DNA of 64,000 nt, taken from contig CAYPBF010000001.1 of NCBI GenBank assembly GCA_964408935.1, positions 100,283 through 164,282 of the forward strand, read 5' to 3'. Position numbers and translations under genes: made by a program. This document shows positions 1 to 9,358 of this stretch, piece after piece. The DNA comes from an uncultured Dehalococcoidales bacterium (GTDB lineage: Bacteria > Chloroflexota > Dehalococcoidia > Dehalococcoidales > BS750m-G39). Every line of letters begins with the position of its first letter. The first letter of the stretch is position 1. The notes under the pieces are model-generated. The model saw only the letters and a program-made list of their open reading frames with translations, made no database searches and was not told the DNA's origin.

Positions 1-906
1 GCTCTTGGTAGGGTGGATGTTAACATCAACGTCTTTGGTCGGCAGCGAGATATTGATGACGGCTATCGGGTGCCGCCCCACCATCAAAAGTCCGTGATAG
101 GCCTCTTCCACCGCCCGCGCCAGCATGTGGCTGTTCACCCAGCGGCGGTTGACGAAGAAGTTCAGGTCACCCCGTCCGGAACGGCTCACCTTGGGCAAGC
201 CGACCAGGCCCGTAACGCGGGGCGTTGTTTCGCCCCTTACCTCAATCATGTTGCCCGCTACGTCGGCGCCGTAGACGGCGGCGACGCTGTCGAGCAGCTT
301 ACCGCTGCCGGGAGTATTTAGGGCTGCCCGACCGTCAAGAGTCAAAGAGAATTTGACCTCGGGGAAGGCCAGCGCGTAGTGGCTGACCACATTGGCGGTA
401 TGGCTGTTCTCGGTAGGCACCGACTTGAGGAACTTGAGACGGGCGGGTATCTTGCGGAAGAGATTGAGCACGCTGACTGTAGTCCCTTTAGAACGTCCCT
501 TGGTAGCACGCTCGGCGATGGCGCCGTCCTTGAGACCGACGCGAGTGCCCGCCTTCTCTCCCTCGGCGCAGGTGGTCATATCTACTTGGGATACAGCGGT
601 GATGCTGGGCAGGGCTTCGCCACGAAAACCGAGGCTGGAAATAGACTCTAGGTCTTCGAGAGCACTAACCTTGCTGGTAGCGTAGCGCTCGAAGGCAAGC
701 TCGACCTCTGCAGATGGGATGCCAACACCGTTATCGGTGACCCTGATGAGGCTCACCCCACCCCCCTCAACGTCTACTGAAATCTGGCTGGCGCCCGCGT
801 CCAGCGAGTTCTCCACCAGTTCTTTGACCACCGAGGCTGGCCTCTCTACCACCTCGCCAGCGGCAATACGGGCAACCACCTGCGGGGATAAGGATTTGAT
901 TGGCAT
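1..906 (-). CDS. mutL: DNA mismatch repair protein MutL, N-terminal ATPase part (3' end runs off the window)
   Basis: The reverse strand from ATG (904-906) reads MPIKSLSPQVVARIAAGEVVERPASVVKELVENSLDAGASQI. It stays open to base 1, ending ...VDVNIHPTKS. These are classic GHKL/MutL motifs. It is not in the ORF track because no stop lies in the window. Confidence 0.9.
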   Translation of the reverse strand, partial: MPIKSLSPQVVARIAAGEVVERPASVVKELVENSLDAGASQISVDVEGGGVSLIRVTDNGVGIPSAEVELAFERYATSKVSALEDLESISSLGFRGEALPSITAVSQVDMTTCAEGEKAGTRVGLKDGAIAERATKGRSKGTTVSVLNLFRKIPARLKFLKSVPTENSHTANVVSHYALAFPEVKFSLTLDGRAALNTPGSGKLLDSVAAVYGADVAGNMIEVRGETTPRVTGLVGLPKVSRSGRGDLNFFVNRRWVNSHMLARAVEEAYHGLLMVGRHPIAVINISLPTKDVDVNIHPTKS

Positions 907-1023
907 AGCTGCTTAAAGTTTAACCCTTTGTTTTAATACAGTCAAAGAGTCTATTTTGCCTGCCGTGTAAAATCGTATAATACTAAATGGCACAAGCTTA
1001 TAATTTGACTAAGGAGGTGCGGC

Positions 1024-1260
1024 ATGGATATTGAAGAGTTGAGTAAGAAAATCGATAAGTATCGCGAAGAGGATACAAATAAATCGGAGAGGTATAGATA
1101 CCAAGATCTGAGTTACATACTATGGGGGTTTGCTTTGGGAGTGGTCGGCATCGCCTATGCTGAATCGGACTGGGTTTTATGTGTTATAGCAGTGATTTTT
1201 CTTATTGGGGGCTTCTGGGTCTTGTGGTACTCTACAAGATTTAGACCAAAAAAACACTAG
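1024..1260 (+). CDS. small hypothetical 2-TM membrane protein (AT-rich ORFan)
   Basis: 78-aa ORF with GGAGG 7 nt upstream. It has a charged N-terminal helix followed by two hydrophobic helices. Spot GC is ~37%, against ~55-65% in the flanks. Confidence 0.4.
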   Translation: MDIEELSKKIDKYREEDTNKSERYRYQDLSYILWGFALGVVGIAYAESDWVLCVIAVIFLIGGFWVLWYSTRFRPKKH

Positions 1261-1278
1261 CTTTCCCTAGTTATAAAG

Positions 1279-3480
1279 CTATTCTTTCTTTTTCTTCTCT
1301 AAGCGGGCAAAGCTCAAAAGCAGCTTTTTAACCCCCACCCCGCTGCCGAAAGCCACCACCGCCTCCTTGTCGTCCTTGACGGCGCGGCAGTTGACGACGA
1401 CGCCGTCGCCGAACTGGGCGTGGTGGACGTGGTCACCGGGCTTAAGCTCGGGAACATCAGAGCTGGGGGTGTTGGGGGCGGGCGTCCGGGTGCGGGAAGA
1501 GTAAAGGGGCGGCATAACCCGCCCTTCTTCTCCCTGCCAAAGGCCACCGCTAGTAACGAGGTCCTTGGGTATATCGTCCAAAAAGCGCGAAGGCGTGCTC
1601 GGCGTGCTTGAGCCCATCAGGTTACGGCGGAAGGCGTGCACCAGGTACAGTCTCTGCTTGGCCCTGGTTATACCCACGTAGCAGAGCCGCCGTTCTTCCT
1701 CCATCTGCTCGGCATCGGCAAAGGACTTGAAATGGGGCAGTATGCCCTCCTCGACGCCAACGATAAAGACAACGGGGAACTCCAGGCCCTTGGCCTGGTG
1801 TAGCGTGACCAAGGTGGCGGCATCCACTGTCTCATCGAGCCCGTCCACATCGGAAACCAGCGTTACCCCCTCCAGAAAGGCGGTTAGGCCCTCTGGTGGC
1901 GGCAAATGCTTATAGTCGTTGGCCACGGTGCGCAGCTCCAGCACGTTCTCCCAGCGCTCCTCACCATCCTTGCCGTTCTGTAGATAGTGCTCGTAGCCCG
2001 ATTTCTGTGTAATCAGATCGAAAAGCTCGACCAGATTGAGCTTACGGCTGCGCTCGATAAACTCCTCCATCATACCGTGAAAGCCGACCAGCGCCTTAAC
2101 TATACGGGAGCCGAAGGGTGGCGGCTCTTGTCCGCCGTTATTCTCCTCGGTTACCAGCCGCAGCGCCTCGTAACGAGAGATGCCCAACGATTTGGCCCAA
2201 CTGGAAAGCTGGCTCAGGCTGCGCTCGCCGATACCTCGCCCCGGTATGTTGATAATACGCAGCAGGCTGACGCTGTCGCTGGGATTCTGAATAACCCTCA
2301 GGTAGGCGACAATGTCTTTCACCTCGCGCCGCTCGTAGAAACGGGTGCCCGCCACCAGCTTGTAGGAAGTCCCGTACCGCATAAAGGCTTCCTCTAAGGC
2401 CCTGGACTGGGCGTTGGTGCGGTACATTACAGCACAGTCACGCAGTTTGGCCTTTTCCTGCCTGACCAGCTTATCCACTTCGCTGACGATGAACTGGGCT
2501 TCTTCCTGCTCGGTATAGGTTTCGACGACGTTGGCCAGCTCGCCTTCTTCGTTTTCCGTCCAGAGCTCCTTGGGCTTACGCATCTGGTTGCTGCTGATTA
2601 CGTGGGAGGCCGTCTCCAGTATTGCCTTGGTGGAACGATAGTTCTGCTCCAGTAGCACCAGCTTGGCTTTGGGGAAGTCCTTTTCGAAGCTGAGTATATT
2701 GCGCAGGTCGGCGAACCTCCAGGAATAGATGGACTGGTCGGGGTCACCGACGACGCAGACATTACCCTTCTTGCCGCTCAGCTTCTTGACCAGCTCGTAC
2801 TGGACGAGGTTGGTATCCTGAAACTCGTCAACCATTACGTGAAGGTAACGGGAGTGGTATTTCTCCAGTGTCTCCTTGCTCTTACGGAAGAGCTCCACCG
2901 CCTTCATGAGCAGGTCGTCGAAGTCGAGGGCGTTGCTCTCGGTAAGCAGCTGCTGGTAGCGCTCGTAGACCCGCCCCACCACCTCCTCGAAATAGCTGGT
3001 GGTGTGCTTGGCGTATTCCTTAGGACCTACGGTACGACTCTTAGAGGCGGATATAGCCGAAGATATGGCTCTAGGAGCGTACTGCTTGGGGTCGAGGTTC
3101 AGCTCCTGCAGCGTTCTTTTGAGCAGGCTTATCTGGTCGTCGTCGTCGTAGATAACGAATCGGGAGTCAACGCCGATGGCCTGGCCGTCGCGGCGCAGGA
3201 TGCGGGCGCAGATAGCGTGAAAGGTGCCGATAGTGAGGTTGCCCAGAGAAGCACCGATAAGCCGACCAAGCCTCTCTTCCATCTCGCGGGCGGCCTTATT
3301 GGTAAAGGTGACCGCCATAATGCGGTGGGGACTGACGCCGCAGGTCTTAATCAGGTAAGCTACCCGATGGGCGATGACCCTGGTCTTGCCGCTGCCGGGA
3401 CCTGCTAAGATAAGCACCGGTCCTTCGATGGTTTCAACGGCTTCCTTCTGCGCCAGATTAAGCCCGTCCAGAATATCCAT
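1279..3480 (-). CDS. pcrA: ATP-dependent DNA helicase PcrA/UvrD family
   Basis: 733 aa with LNLAQKEAV...ILAGPGSGKTRV (Walker A), DEFQDTN, YRS and VTLHQAKGLEF motifs of SF1 UvrD/PcrA helicases. Confidence 0.9.
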   Translation of the reverse strand: MDILDGLNLAQKEAVETIEGPVLILAGPGSGKTRVIAHRVAYLIKTCGVSPHRIMAVTFTNKAAREMEERLGRLIGASLGNLTIGTFHAICARILRRDGQAIGVDSRFVIYDDDDQISLLKRTLQELNLDPKQYAPRAISSAISASKSRTVGPKEYAKHTTSYFEEVVGRVYERYQQLLTESNALDFDDLLMKAVELFRKSKETLEKYHSRYLHVMVDEFQDTNLVQYELVKKLSGKKGNVCVVGDPDQSIYSWRFADLRNILSFEKDFPKAKLVLLEQNYRSTKAILETASHVISSNQMRKPKELWTENEEGELANVVETYTEQEEAQFIVSEVDKLVRQEKAKLRDCAVMYRTNAQSRALEEAFMRYGTSYKLVAGTRFYERREVKDIVAYLRVIQNPSDSVSLLRIINIPGRGIGERSLSQLSSWAKSLGISRYEALRLVTEENNGGQEPPPFGSRIVKALVGFHGMMEEFIERSRKLNLVELFDLITQKSGYEHYLQNGKDGEERWENVLELRTVANDYKHLPPPEGLTAFLEGVTLVSDVDGLDETVDAATLVTLHQAKGLEFPVVFIVGVEEGILPHFKSFADAEQMEEERRLCYVGITRAKQRLYLVHAFRRNLMGSSTPSTPSRFLDDIPKDLVTSGGLWQGEEGRVMPPLYSSRTRTPAPNTPSSDVPELKPGDHVHHAQFGDGVVVNCRAVKDDKEAVVAFGSGVGVKKLLLSFARLEKKKKE

Positions 3481-3487
3481 CTATCCT

Positions 3488-3496
3488 ATTATACCA
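3488..3496 (-). promoter_or_regulatory. extended -10 element TGGTATAAT only 7 nt upstream of the pcrA ATG (possible leaderless mRNA)
   Basis: The minus strand reads CCAATGGTATAATAGGATAG-ATG. There is no Shine-Dalgarno between the -10 and the start. Confidence 0.35.
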
Positions 3497-3529
3497 TTGG
3501 CGTGGCATAGCTGGAAAGGCGCAGAGCTA

Positions 3530-3558
3530 TTGACAAAAGTCAGCTAAAGCTATATGAT
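3530..3558 (+). promoter_or_regulatory. sigma70-like promoter for the ars cluster (TTGACA-17 nt-TATGAT)
   Basis: TTGACA at 3530-3535 and TATGAT at 3553-3558, with a 17-nt spacer. The palindrome ATGCGCAT lies just downstream as a possible ArsR operator. Confidence 0.45.
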
Positions 3559-3597
3559 AAAGTCGTAAATGCGCATATAGATACAAAGGCTCAGGCC

Positions 3598-3963
3598 ATG
3601 CGAGATGTAGTTAAAGCCTTCAAAGCTCTATCAGATGAAACCCGGCTCAGGATACTTAACCTGCTCCTGGAAAGGGAATGCTGTGTCTGTGAGGTGATGC
3701 AAGCGCTGGACATTTCCCAGACCCGAGCCTCTCGCAACCTGAGCACCCTTTACGACGCCGGTTTCCTCAAGTTGAGAAAAGAAGGACTGTGGTCGCTATA
3801 TTCTATATCCAGAGAGGAGTCGGGGGAATACTATGCCAACCTTGTTGACACCGTGAGAAAGGCATTAGAAGGTAACAAGGTGGTCGATACAGACCGGGAA
3901 CGATTGAGGAAAGCCGAGCGAGTCGGGCCTACCTGCGTAAACCGCATGAGAAAAACGACCTAG
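3598..3963 (+). CDS. arsR: ArsR/SmtB family metalloregulator
   Basis: 121 aa with ALSDETRLRILNLL...ECCVCEV: a winged-HTH with the CVC metal(loid)-binding motif in helix 3. Confidence 0.8.
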   Translation: MRDVVKAFKALSDETRLRILNLLLERECCVCEVMQALDISQTRASRNLSTLYDAGFLKLRKEGLWSLYSISREESGEYYANLVDTVRKALEGNKVVDTDRERLRKAERVGPTCVNRMRKTT

Positions 3964-4016
3964 TTCTTTTTTTGACTTCTTTAGATGCTAAGTTGCGCAC
4001 ATAGGGAAGAGGTTTC

Positions 4017-5060
4017 ATGGCCATTGACATCCTGTTTGGCGGGCTAACTGCTCTTAAAGATTACATCGCTCTCCATGTGCTTACCTGCCTCATCCCCGCT
4101 TTTCTCCTGGCGGGTGCCATAGTAACCTTCGTTTCACGAGAGGCTATCATCGGCTATCTAGGCGCCGCCGCCCGAAAACTATCATCTTTCGGTATTGCCA
4201 CAGGCGGCAGCTTCTTCGTCGCCGCCTGTTCCTGCACCGTCATCCCGGTTTCAAGCGGCATCTACTATGGCGGAGCCGGCATAGGTGCTGCCTTTATCCT
4301 TCTCTGGGTGGCCCCTGCCGCCAATATCCTGGCCCTGGTTTATACCGGGCAGATACTGGGGGCCGAGATGGTCGCTGCCAGATTGATAAGCGCTATACTT
4401 ATGTCTTTTGCCATAGGTTCAGTTATGGCTTACGCCTTTCTCAAGGAAGAGAAAACCCGCGTTTCTCACATCCAGATGAGTACTGGGCCTCTGATGAGTA
4501 AAAAGGGAGTGGGCTTGCTCCTGCTTCTGGTCGCCTGGCTCTTAGCGCCGAATTACATCGTGTCTCAAGGGCCTTACTGGCAGAAGGTGGCGATCTGGGC
4601 GGTGGGATTGCTGGCGGTGGCCACCTATGTCTGGAAGTTCATCGCTGTAGAGCGAATTAAAGCCTGGCTTAAGGAAACGTGGTGGTTTATCCGTATCATC
4701 TTTCCTTTCCTGCTGGCGGGTGTTTTTATCGTCGGCATTATCGGCGCCCTCATACCCAGCGAGTGGGTCGAAGCTTACCTTGGTGGTAGCGGCTTACGCC
4801 AGTCATTTCTGGCTACAATGCTTGGCGGCGTTACCTACTTCGCCACCATGACCGAAGCGCCTTTCGTGGATACTCTAATGAACCTGGGAATGGGTAAAGG
4901 GCCAGCTTTGGCCCTGCTACTTACCGGGCCGGGTATTAGTTTGCCTAACTGGTTAGCGATTGCCAAGGTTTTTGGAGTCAAGAAGGCACTGGTTTACGTT
5001 CCGACTATTATAGTTATCGGCACAATCGTCGGTTGGATTGCCGGTTTTATTTTAGACTAA
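4017..5060 (+). CDS. DUF318/ArsP-type permease
   Basis: 347 aa and polytopic, with the ACSCTVIP (CSC) motif typical of the 'predicted permease' family found in ars operons. Confidence 0.7.
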   Translation: MAIDILFGGLTALKDYIALHVLTCLIPAFLLAGAIVTFVSREAIIGYLGAAARKLSSFGIATGGSFFVAACSCTVIPVSSGIYYGGAGIGAAFILLWVAPAANILALVYTGQILGAEMVAARLISAILMSFAIGSVMAYAFLKEEKTRVSHIQMSTGPLMSKKGVGLLLLLVAWLLAPNYIVSQGPYWQKVAIWAVGLLAVATYVWKFIAVERIKAWLKETWWFIRIIFPFLLAGVFIVGIIGALIPSEWVEAYLGGSGLRQSFLATMLGGVTYFATMTEAPFVDTLMNLGMGKGPALALLLTGPGISLPNWLAIAKVFGVKKALVYVPTIIVIGTIVGWIAGFILD

Positions 5061-5086
5061 AGAATAATTAAGGAGGTATTAACGCA

Positions 5087-5338
5087 ATGATGATAGAAGT
5101 ATGTGGTCCGGGCTGTCCTCGGTGCCACGCCACTAAGGAGAATGTCCGCAAGGCGCTCAAGGAAATGGGGCTGGAAGACGGCAAAGAGGTAGGACTGACG
5201 GAAATCAAAGACCCCAGGATTATGGCTGAACGAGGCGTCTTTATGACACCCGCCGTCCTAATCGATGCCGTCAAGCTATGTGAGGGCAGGATTCCCAGCC
5301 CTCAGGAGATAAAAGGTTGGATTGAGGAGAGGAGATAA
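5087..5338 (+). CDS. small thioredoxin-fold protein (redox-active disulfide protein 2 type)
   Basis: 83 aa starting MIEVCGPGCPRCH, a CxxC at the N-terminus. Proteins of this family commonly follow DUF318 permeases. Confidence 0.7.
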   Translation: MMIEVCGPGCPRCHATKENVRKALKEMGLEDGKEVGLTEIKDPRIMAERGVFMTPAVLIDAVKLCEGRIPSPQEIKGWIEERR

Positions 5339-5364
5339 TAAAAAACTAGAACAAGGAGGATTAT

Positions 5365-5859
5365 ATGACCATGCGAAGCAAAGTTACGATATTGAGCTCG
5401 TTTTTGCTCATTATCCTGTTAGTCGGTATGCTCTGTGCTTGTGGAGGTACCACTATCGAAGTCCCTCCAGACTCGAACACACCTATAACTCCAGATGGCT
5501 CGGAAATGTCTCCCTCTCCAGTTGACAATATCGAGGTTATCTACTTTTACTGGCCACAGCGCTGCACCGGCTGTATCTACGCTGAAGACACCACCCTGTA
5601 TACGCTGGAAACCTACTTTGCCGACGAGCTGGCTAGTGGCAAGATAACCTGGGCTACTTACGATGTAGCCGCTGAAGAAAACGCTGCCATCGTCGAGAAA
5701 TATGAAGCTTATACCTCGTCTCTGTTTATCAACACCATAATAGACGGCACCGACCACATCGAACATGTAAGAGAAATCTGGTCTGTACTAGGTGATGATG
5801 AGGCGTTTATCGGGGTGGTGAAGAGCAAAATTGAGCAGAGTCTCAGTGTGGAGGGTTAA
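5365..5859 (+). CDS. lipoprotein with thioredoxin-like CxxC domain (possibly ArsF-like)
   Basis: 164 aa with a signal peptide plus lipobox (LCACGG) and a CTGC motif. Its stop overlaps the next start. Confidence 0.45.
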   Translation: MTMRSKVTILSSFLLIILLVGMLCACGGTTIEVPPDSNTPITPDGSEMSPSPVDNIEVIYFYWPQRCTGCIYAEDTTLYTLETYFADELASGKITWATYDVAAEENAAIVEKYEAYTSSLFINTIIDGTDHIEHVREIWSVLGDDEAFIGVVKSKIEQSLSVEG

Positions 5860-6575
5860 TGGATTTAAGCGGTTTTCTACATCAGCTCTCTGAGAGCATT
5901 AATATCCCGGTGTTCTCGGCGCTGCTTCTGGGGCTAATAACGGCCATCAGCCCCTGCCCTATGGCGACCAACATCGCCGCTACGGCCTATGTCAGCCGCC
6001 GAGCGACGGAGCGCAGGTACGCCATCATAACCGGAGCCCTTTATACTCTGGGGCGGATGGTCTCCTATTCCGTCCTCGGCATCCTGATAATCGTAATTGG
6101 CCTGGAAATCCCCGGCGTTGCTACGTTTTTACAAGACTGGGGCGAAAGAATACTGGGGCCGCTGCTGATTGTAGTGGGGCTTATAATGCTAGTCATTGAC
6201 CGCTTCTCTTTCGGTCTGGGGAGTGGAAAGCTGGCCGCACTAGGGGAGAAGGTAGCTAATAGGGGTATGCTGGGCGGATTCCTGTTAGGGGTAATCTTTG
6301 CTCTGGCCTTCTGCCCCTATAGCGCTATCATATTCTTCGGGGTATTAATACCACTATCCCTTGAATCTACAGGAGGGGTAACCCTACCGGCGGTGTTTGC
6401 CATCGGCACCGGGCTACCTGTCCTAGTATTTGGTATTCTTATATCGCTTGGCATATCCAAGGTCTCCAGATGGCTCAATGCCGTCGCCCGCGTTGAGAAA
6501 GTCCTTCGCATAATAGTCTCTATCATTTTTATCGGGGTTGGAATATACTATGTGGTACTCTGGATACAGGCATAA
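5859..6575 (+). CDS. CcdA/DsbD-like transmembrane thiol-disulfide protein (possibly ArsG-like efflux permease)
   Basis: 238 aa with ~6 TM helices. Cys-Pro motifs sit inside TM helices (ISPCPMA and FCPYSA). Confidence 0.55.
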   Translation: MDLSGFLHQLSESINIPVFSALLLGLITAISPCPMATNIAATAYVSRRATERRYAIITGALYTLGRMVSYSVLGILIIVIGLEIPGVATFLQDWGERILGPLLIVVGLIMLVIDRFSFGLGSGKLAALGEKVANRGMLGGFLLGVIFALAFCPYSAIIFFGVLIPLSLESTGGVTLPAVFAIGTGLPVLVFGILISLGISKVSRWLNAVARVEKVLRIIVSIIFIGVGIYYVVLWIQA

Positions 6576-6604
6576 GCAAATAGGCAGGTTTATCAAGCAA
6601 AACC

Positions 6605-7651
6605 ATGAGTGAACCGAAAGGCGTAGCCGGCGGACTGCCGACACTGGACCGTTTCTTAACCCTCTGGATTTTCCTGGCTATGGGTCTGGGGGTGGGGCTG
6701 GGCTATTTCGTCCCCAAGGTCGCCGATTTCATTACCCTCTTCCAGGTCGGCACCACCTCCATACCCATCGCCATCGGGCTCATACTCATGATGTACCCGC
6801 CCCTGGCCAAGGTAAAATACGAGGAATTGGGGCGGGTATTCCGCAACTGGCGGGTGCTGGGCGTATCGCTGATACAGAATTGGCTCATCGGCCCCGTGCT
6901 CATGTTCTTTTTAGCCATTATCTTCCTGCGCGCCTACCCCGACTACATGGTGGGGCTGATTATGATCGGGCTTGCGCGCTGTATCGCCATGGTCATCGTC
7001 TGGAACGAGCTGGCCAAGGGAGACAGCGAATACGCCGCAGGGCTGGTGGCCCTAAACTCCGTCTTTCAGATTGTCTTCTATTCTGTCTACGCCTACGTTT
7101 TCATCACCGTGCTGCCGCAGTGGTTCGGCCTGGAGGGGGCAGCTGTCCACGTTACCATCGGACAGATAGCCCAGAGCGTGCTTATCTACCTGGGAATACC
7201 CTTCTTTGGTGGCATGCTCAGCCGCTTTTTCCTGATGCGGGCCAAAGGGCGGGAGTGGTACGAACAGAAGTTTATCCCCAGGATAAGCCCCATCACGCTG
7301 GGGGCGCTGCTCTTCACCATTGTGGTCATGTTTTCGCTTAAGGGTGAGATAATCGTTCAGCTGCCGCTGGACGTGTTGCGCATCGCCCTTCCCCTGCTCA
7401 TCTACTTCGTGGTCATGTTCCTGGTATCATTCTACATGGGCAAGAAGATAGGCGCCGACTACCCCAAGACAACGGCTATCGCCTTCACCGCCGCCAGCAA
7501 TAACTTCGAGCTGGCTATCGCCGTTTCGGTAGCCGTTTTCGGCATCGGCTCGGGGGCGGCTTTTGCCGCCGTCATCGGGCCACTGGTGGAGGTGCCCGTG
7601 CTCATCAGCCTGGTGAACGTGGCGCTGTACTTTAGACGTAGGTTTTTCTGA
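6605..7651 (+). CDS. acr3: arsenite efflux transporter, ACR3 family
   Basis: 348 aa with [29 protein letters not shown] and [11 protein letters not shown] motifs of the ACR3/ArsB (BART superfamily) group. Confidence 0.9.
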   Translation: MSEPKGVAGGLPTLDRFLTLWIFLAMGLGVGLGYFVPKVADFITLFQVGTTSIPIAIGLILMMYPPLAKVKYEELGRVFRNWRVLGVSLIQNWLIGPVLMFFLAIIFLRAYPDYMVGLIMIGLARCIAMVIVWNELAKGDSEYAAGLVALNSVFQIVFYSVYAYVFITVLPQWFGLEGAAVHVTIGQIAQSVLIYLGIPFFGGMLSRFFLMRAKGREWYEQKFIPRISPITLGALLFTIVVMFSLKGEIIVQLPLDVLRIALPLLIYFVVMFLVSFYMGKKIGADYPKTTAIAFTAASNNFELAIAVSVAVFGIGSGAAFAAVIGPLVEVPVLISLVNVALYFRRRFF

Positions 7652-7764
7652 TACGAACGCAATTTTCCTTACACTCCCCACTACTATTTCCCTATTTACA
7701 GCCAGGCTCGGCGCGCTATAATTAACGCCTCTGCAACCAAAATGTGGGTTGCGGTAGAGACATT

Positions 7765-7977
7765 ATGGTAAGTTTGGCAAACTACGAGAGGCTGACCATA
7801 CGGATTTCCCGAATCAGGGTCTTCCGAAGGCATAACGGCAACGGGAACTATCGTTTCGTGGCTAAAAGCGACGAGATACCCGGTTGTGCAGCGCACGGCC
7901 CGACCATCTCGGCAGCGCTGGATAACTTCCAGAAAACAGCGGAATTGTGGCTAAAGTGGCTCGGTAGTCCCGGTTAA
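7765..7977 (+). CDS. HicB-like (UPF0150) antitoxin-family protein, no HicA partner seen
   Basis: 70 aa from the internal ATG. YRFVAKSDEIPGCAAHGPTISAALDNFQKTAELWLKWL matches the HicB N-domain pattern (Y-x-a-x-vpelPGc-a-G-t-eEA). Confidence 0.5.
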   Translation: MVSLANYERLTIRISRIRVFRRHNGNGNYRFVAKSDEIPGCAAHGPTISAALDNFQKTAELWLKWLGSPG

Positions 7978-8969
7978 GCAGCCAGTCCTAGCCCCTTGTA
8001 CAAAGCCTCGAAGTCGAAGCGCTGCTGGATGATTTCGTCCAGCCTGGGCAGCTTCTTCTCCTGATTAAACTTGGTCATACCCAGAGCCAGCTCGACGCTG
8101 GCCATTACCGCAGCGGTATCTTCGTCGGTAACTATAATGGGAATGGCCTTGTCCTCAGCACTGCGGCGCACGTCATAGATAGGCTCACTGTCGCCGCTTA
8201 TAACCAGGCACCTGGTTGAGGTCTCCAGGGCCGCCAGCTGCATATCGGGGCGCTCGCCCTTGACCACCACCGCCTTGTCTACCTTACGACCAAAGTAGCC
8301 GAGGCCGGAGTCCACCCCCAAAGCCCCCAGCATATAGTTCTCCACCAGCTCGGCGGACTTTGAGGCATCGTTGACGATTTTGCCCTCGACGAGCTTGGCT
8401 ATTTCGGCCACGGAAAGGCTGAGCAGCGTCCTGTCTTCGGGGATGACCCCCAACACCATCCCACCCAGCTCGTTAACCGCTTCCATACGGCTCATCGGCA
8501 CCTTGTTGATGACAATACCGAGCAGGTCTTCGCCGAAGCCTTCGTACTTATCACTTAAATCCGTCTTGAAGAGGTCGGGCGAGTAGGCCTCGACGATAAT
8601 GACTTTGGCTCCCAGCGCTTTGGCCATTTCGAAGGAGGCTTCGGCAGTCTTGGTGCCAGGTCTTTGCCGCCAGACGCCCTCGATGATAACCACGTCCTTA
8701 TCCTTGGCGACTTTGTCGTAGGCCTGGTTCACCTTGTCGGCTCCCTTCCTACCGATAACCGGGCAAAGGTCTTCCACAGACTCCTTGAGGGAGAGGATAC
8801 GTTTGAGGAAGGCGGTGTCGCTGTCGGCAGGCTTTTTCTTGATAGCCGCCACCAGCGGCTTAAAAAAGCCCACCTTCTTGCCTTTACCCTTGAGGTGCTT
8901 AGCTAAGCCCGCGCAAACCAGTGTCTTGCCCGCCCCCGCCTGTGAAGAGGTTACGTATAAAGCAGCCAA
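7974..8969 (-). CDS. phosphotransacetylase-N-terminal-like protein (P-loop BioD/CobQ-like domain + DRTGG domain, no PTA_PTB catalytic domain)
   Basis: 331 aa with a TTG start behind GGAGGTGA. It has SSQAGAGKT (P-loop) and a C-terminal DRTGG-type region (IPEDRTLLSLSV...VISGDSEP...IPIIVTDEDT). Confidence 0.6.
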   Translation of the reverse strand: MAALYVTSSQAGAGKTLVCAGLAKHLKGKGKKVGFFKPLVAAIKKKPADSDTAFLKRILSLKESVEDLCPVIGRKGADKVNQAYDKVAKDKDVVIIEGVWRQRPGTKTAEASFEMAKALGAKVIIVEAYSPDLFKTDLSDKYEGFGEDLLGIVINKVPMSRMEAVNELGGMVLGVIPEDRTLLSLSVAEIAKLVEGKIVNDASKSAELVENYMLGALGVDSGLGYFGRKVDKAVVVKGERPDMQLAALETSTRCLVISGDSEPIYDVRRSAEDKAIPIIVTDEDTAAVMASVELALGMTKFNQEKKLPRLDEIIQQRFDFEALYKGLGLAA

Positions 8970-9123
8970 GTCTCACCTCCGCAATAAGTTAGGAACCACC
9001 CTATTATAACCATTGGAGTGGCGTTGGTAAAGACGCGTTTAGAAAGCAATCCCGCCTATTTTGATTGACAGCTATGCTATAATCCTGGTGTGCAAGGTCG
9101 GTAGAGCGGGTGAGAGGCACGTA

Positions 9124-9342
9124 ATGAGTAACGTTACCAGGGTTTTGGTAAACTTGTTCTTAAAAGCGGTAGGGGTCCTTCTCATCGTGGTCGCCTGGTT
9201 CGGCTATTTCGGGCTCTGGGAAGAGATGGGCAGCCTTTCGCTCGACTTTCTGCACGGGAGTCTACCCACGGCTATCGGTTTCACCCTCGGCGGGGCCTTT
9301 ATTATTGCTTTCAGCTCCAGCATAGCGCGGTTCGGTAGGTAA
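9124..9342 (+). CDS. small hypothetical 2-TM membrane protein
   Basis: 72 aa from the internal ATG, with two hydrophobic helices. It lies directly upstream of the HNH-like ORF. Confidence 0.35.
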   Translation: MSNVTRVLVNLFLKAVGVLLIVVAWFGYFGLWEEMGSLSLDFLHGSLPTAIGFTLGGAFIIAFSSSIARFGR

Positions 9343-9358
9343 ATAAAAGGAGACAGAT

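Noticed and set aside
13-916. Four plus-strand track ORFs (13-321, 379-651, 392-685, 719-916)
   Set aside because: They lie antisense to or out of frame with an unmistakable MutL reading frame on the minus strand. They are typical spurious ORFs in GC-rich coding DNA. The same applies to most other overlapping or antisense track ORFs inside pcrA, acr3, pyrB, pyrC, carA, carB, hom, thrC, the kinases and copB.
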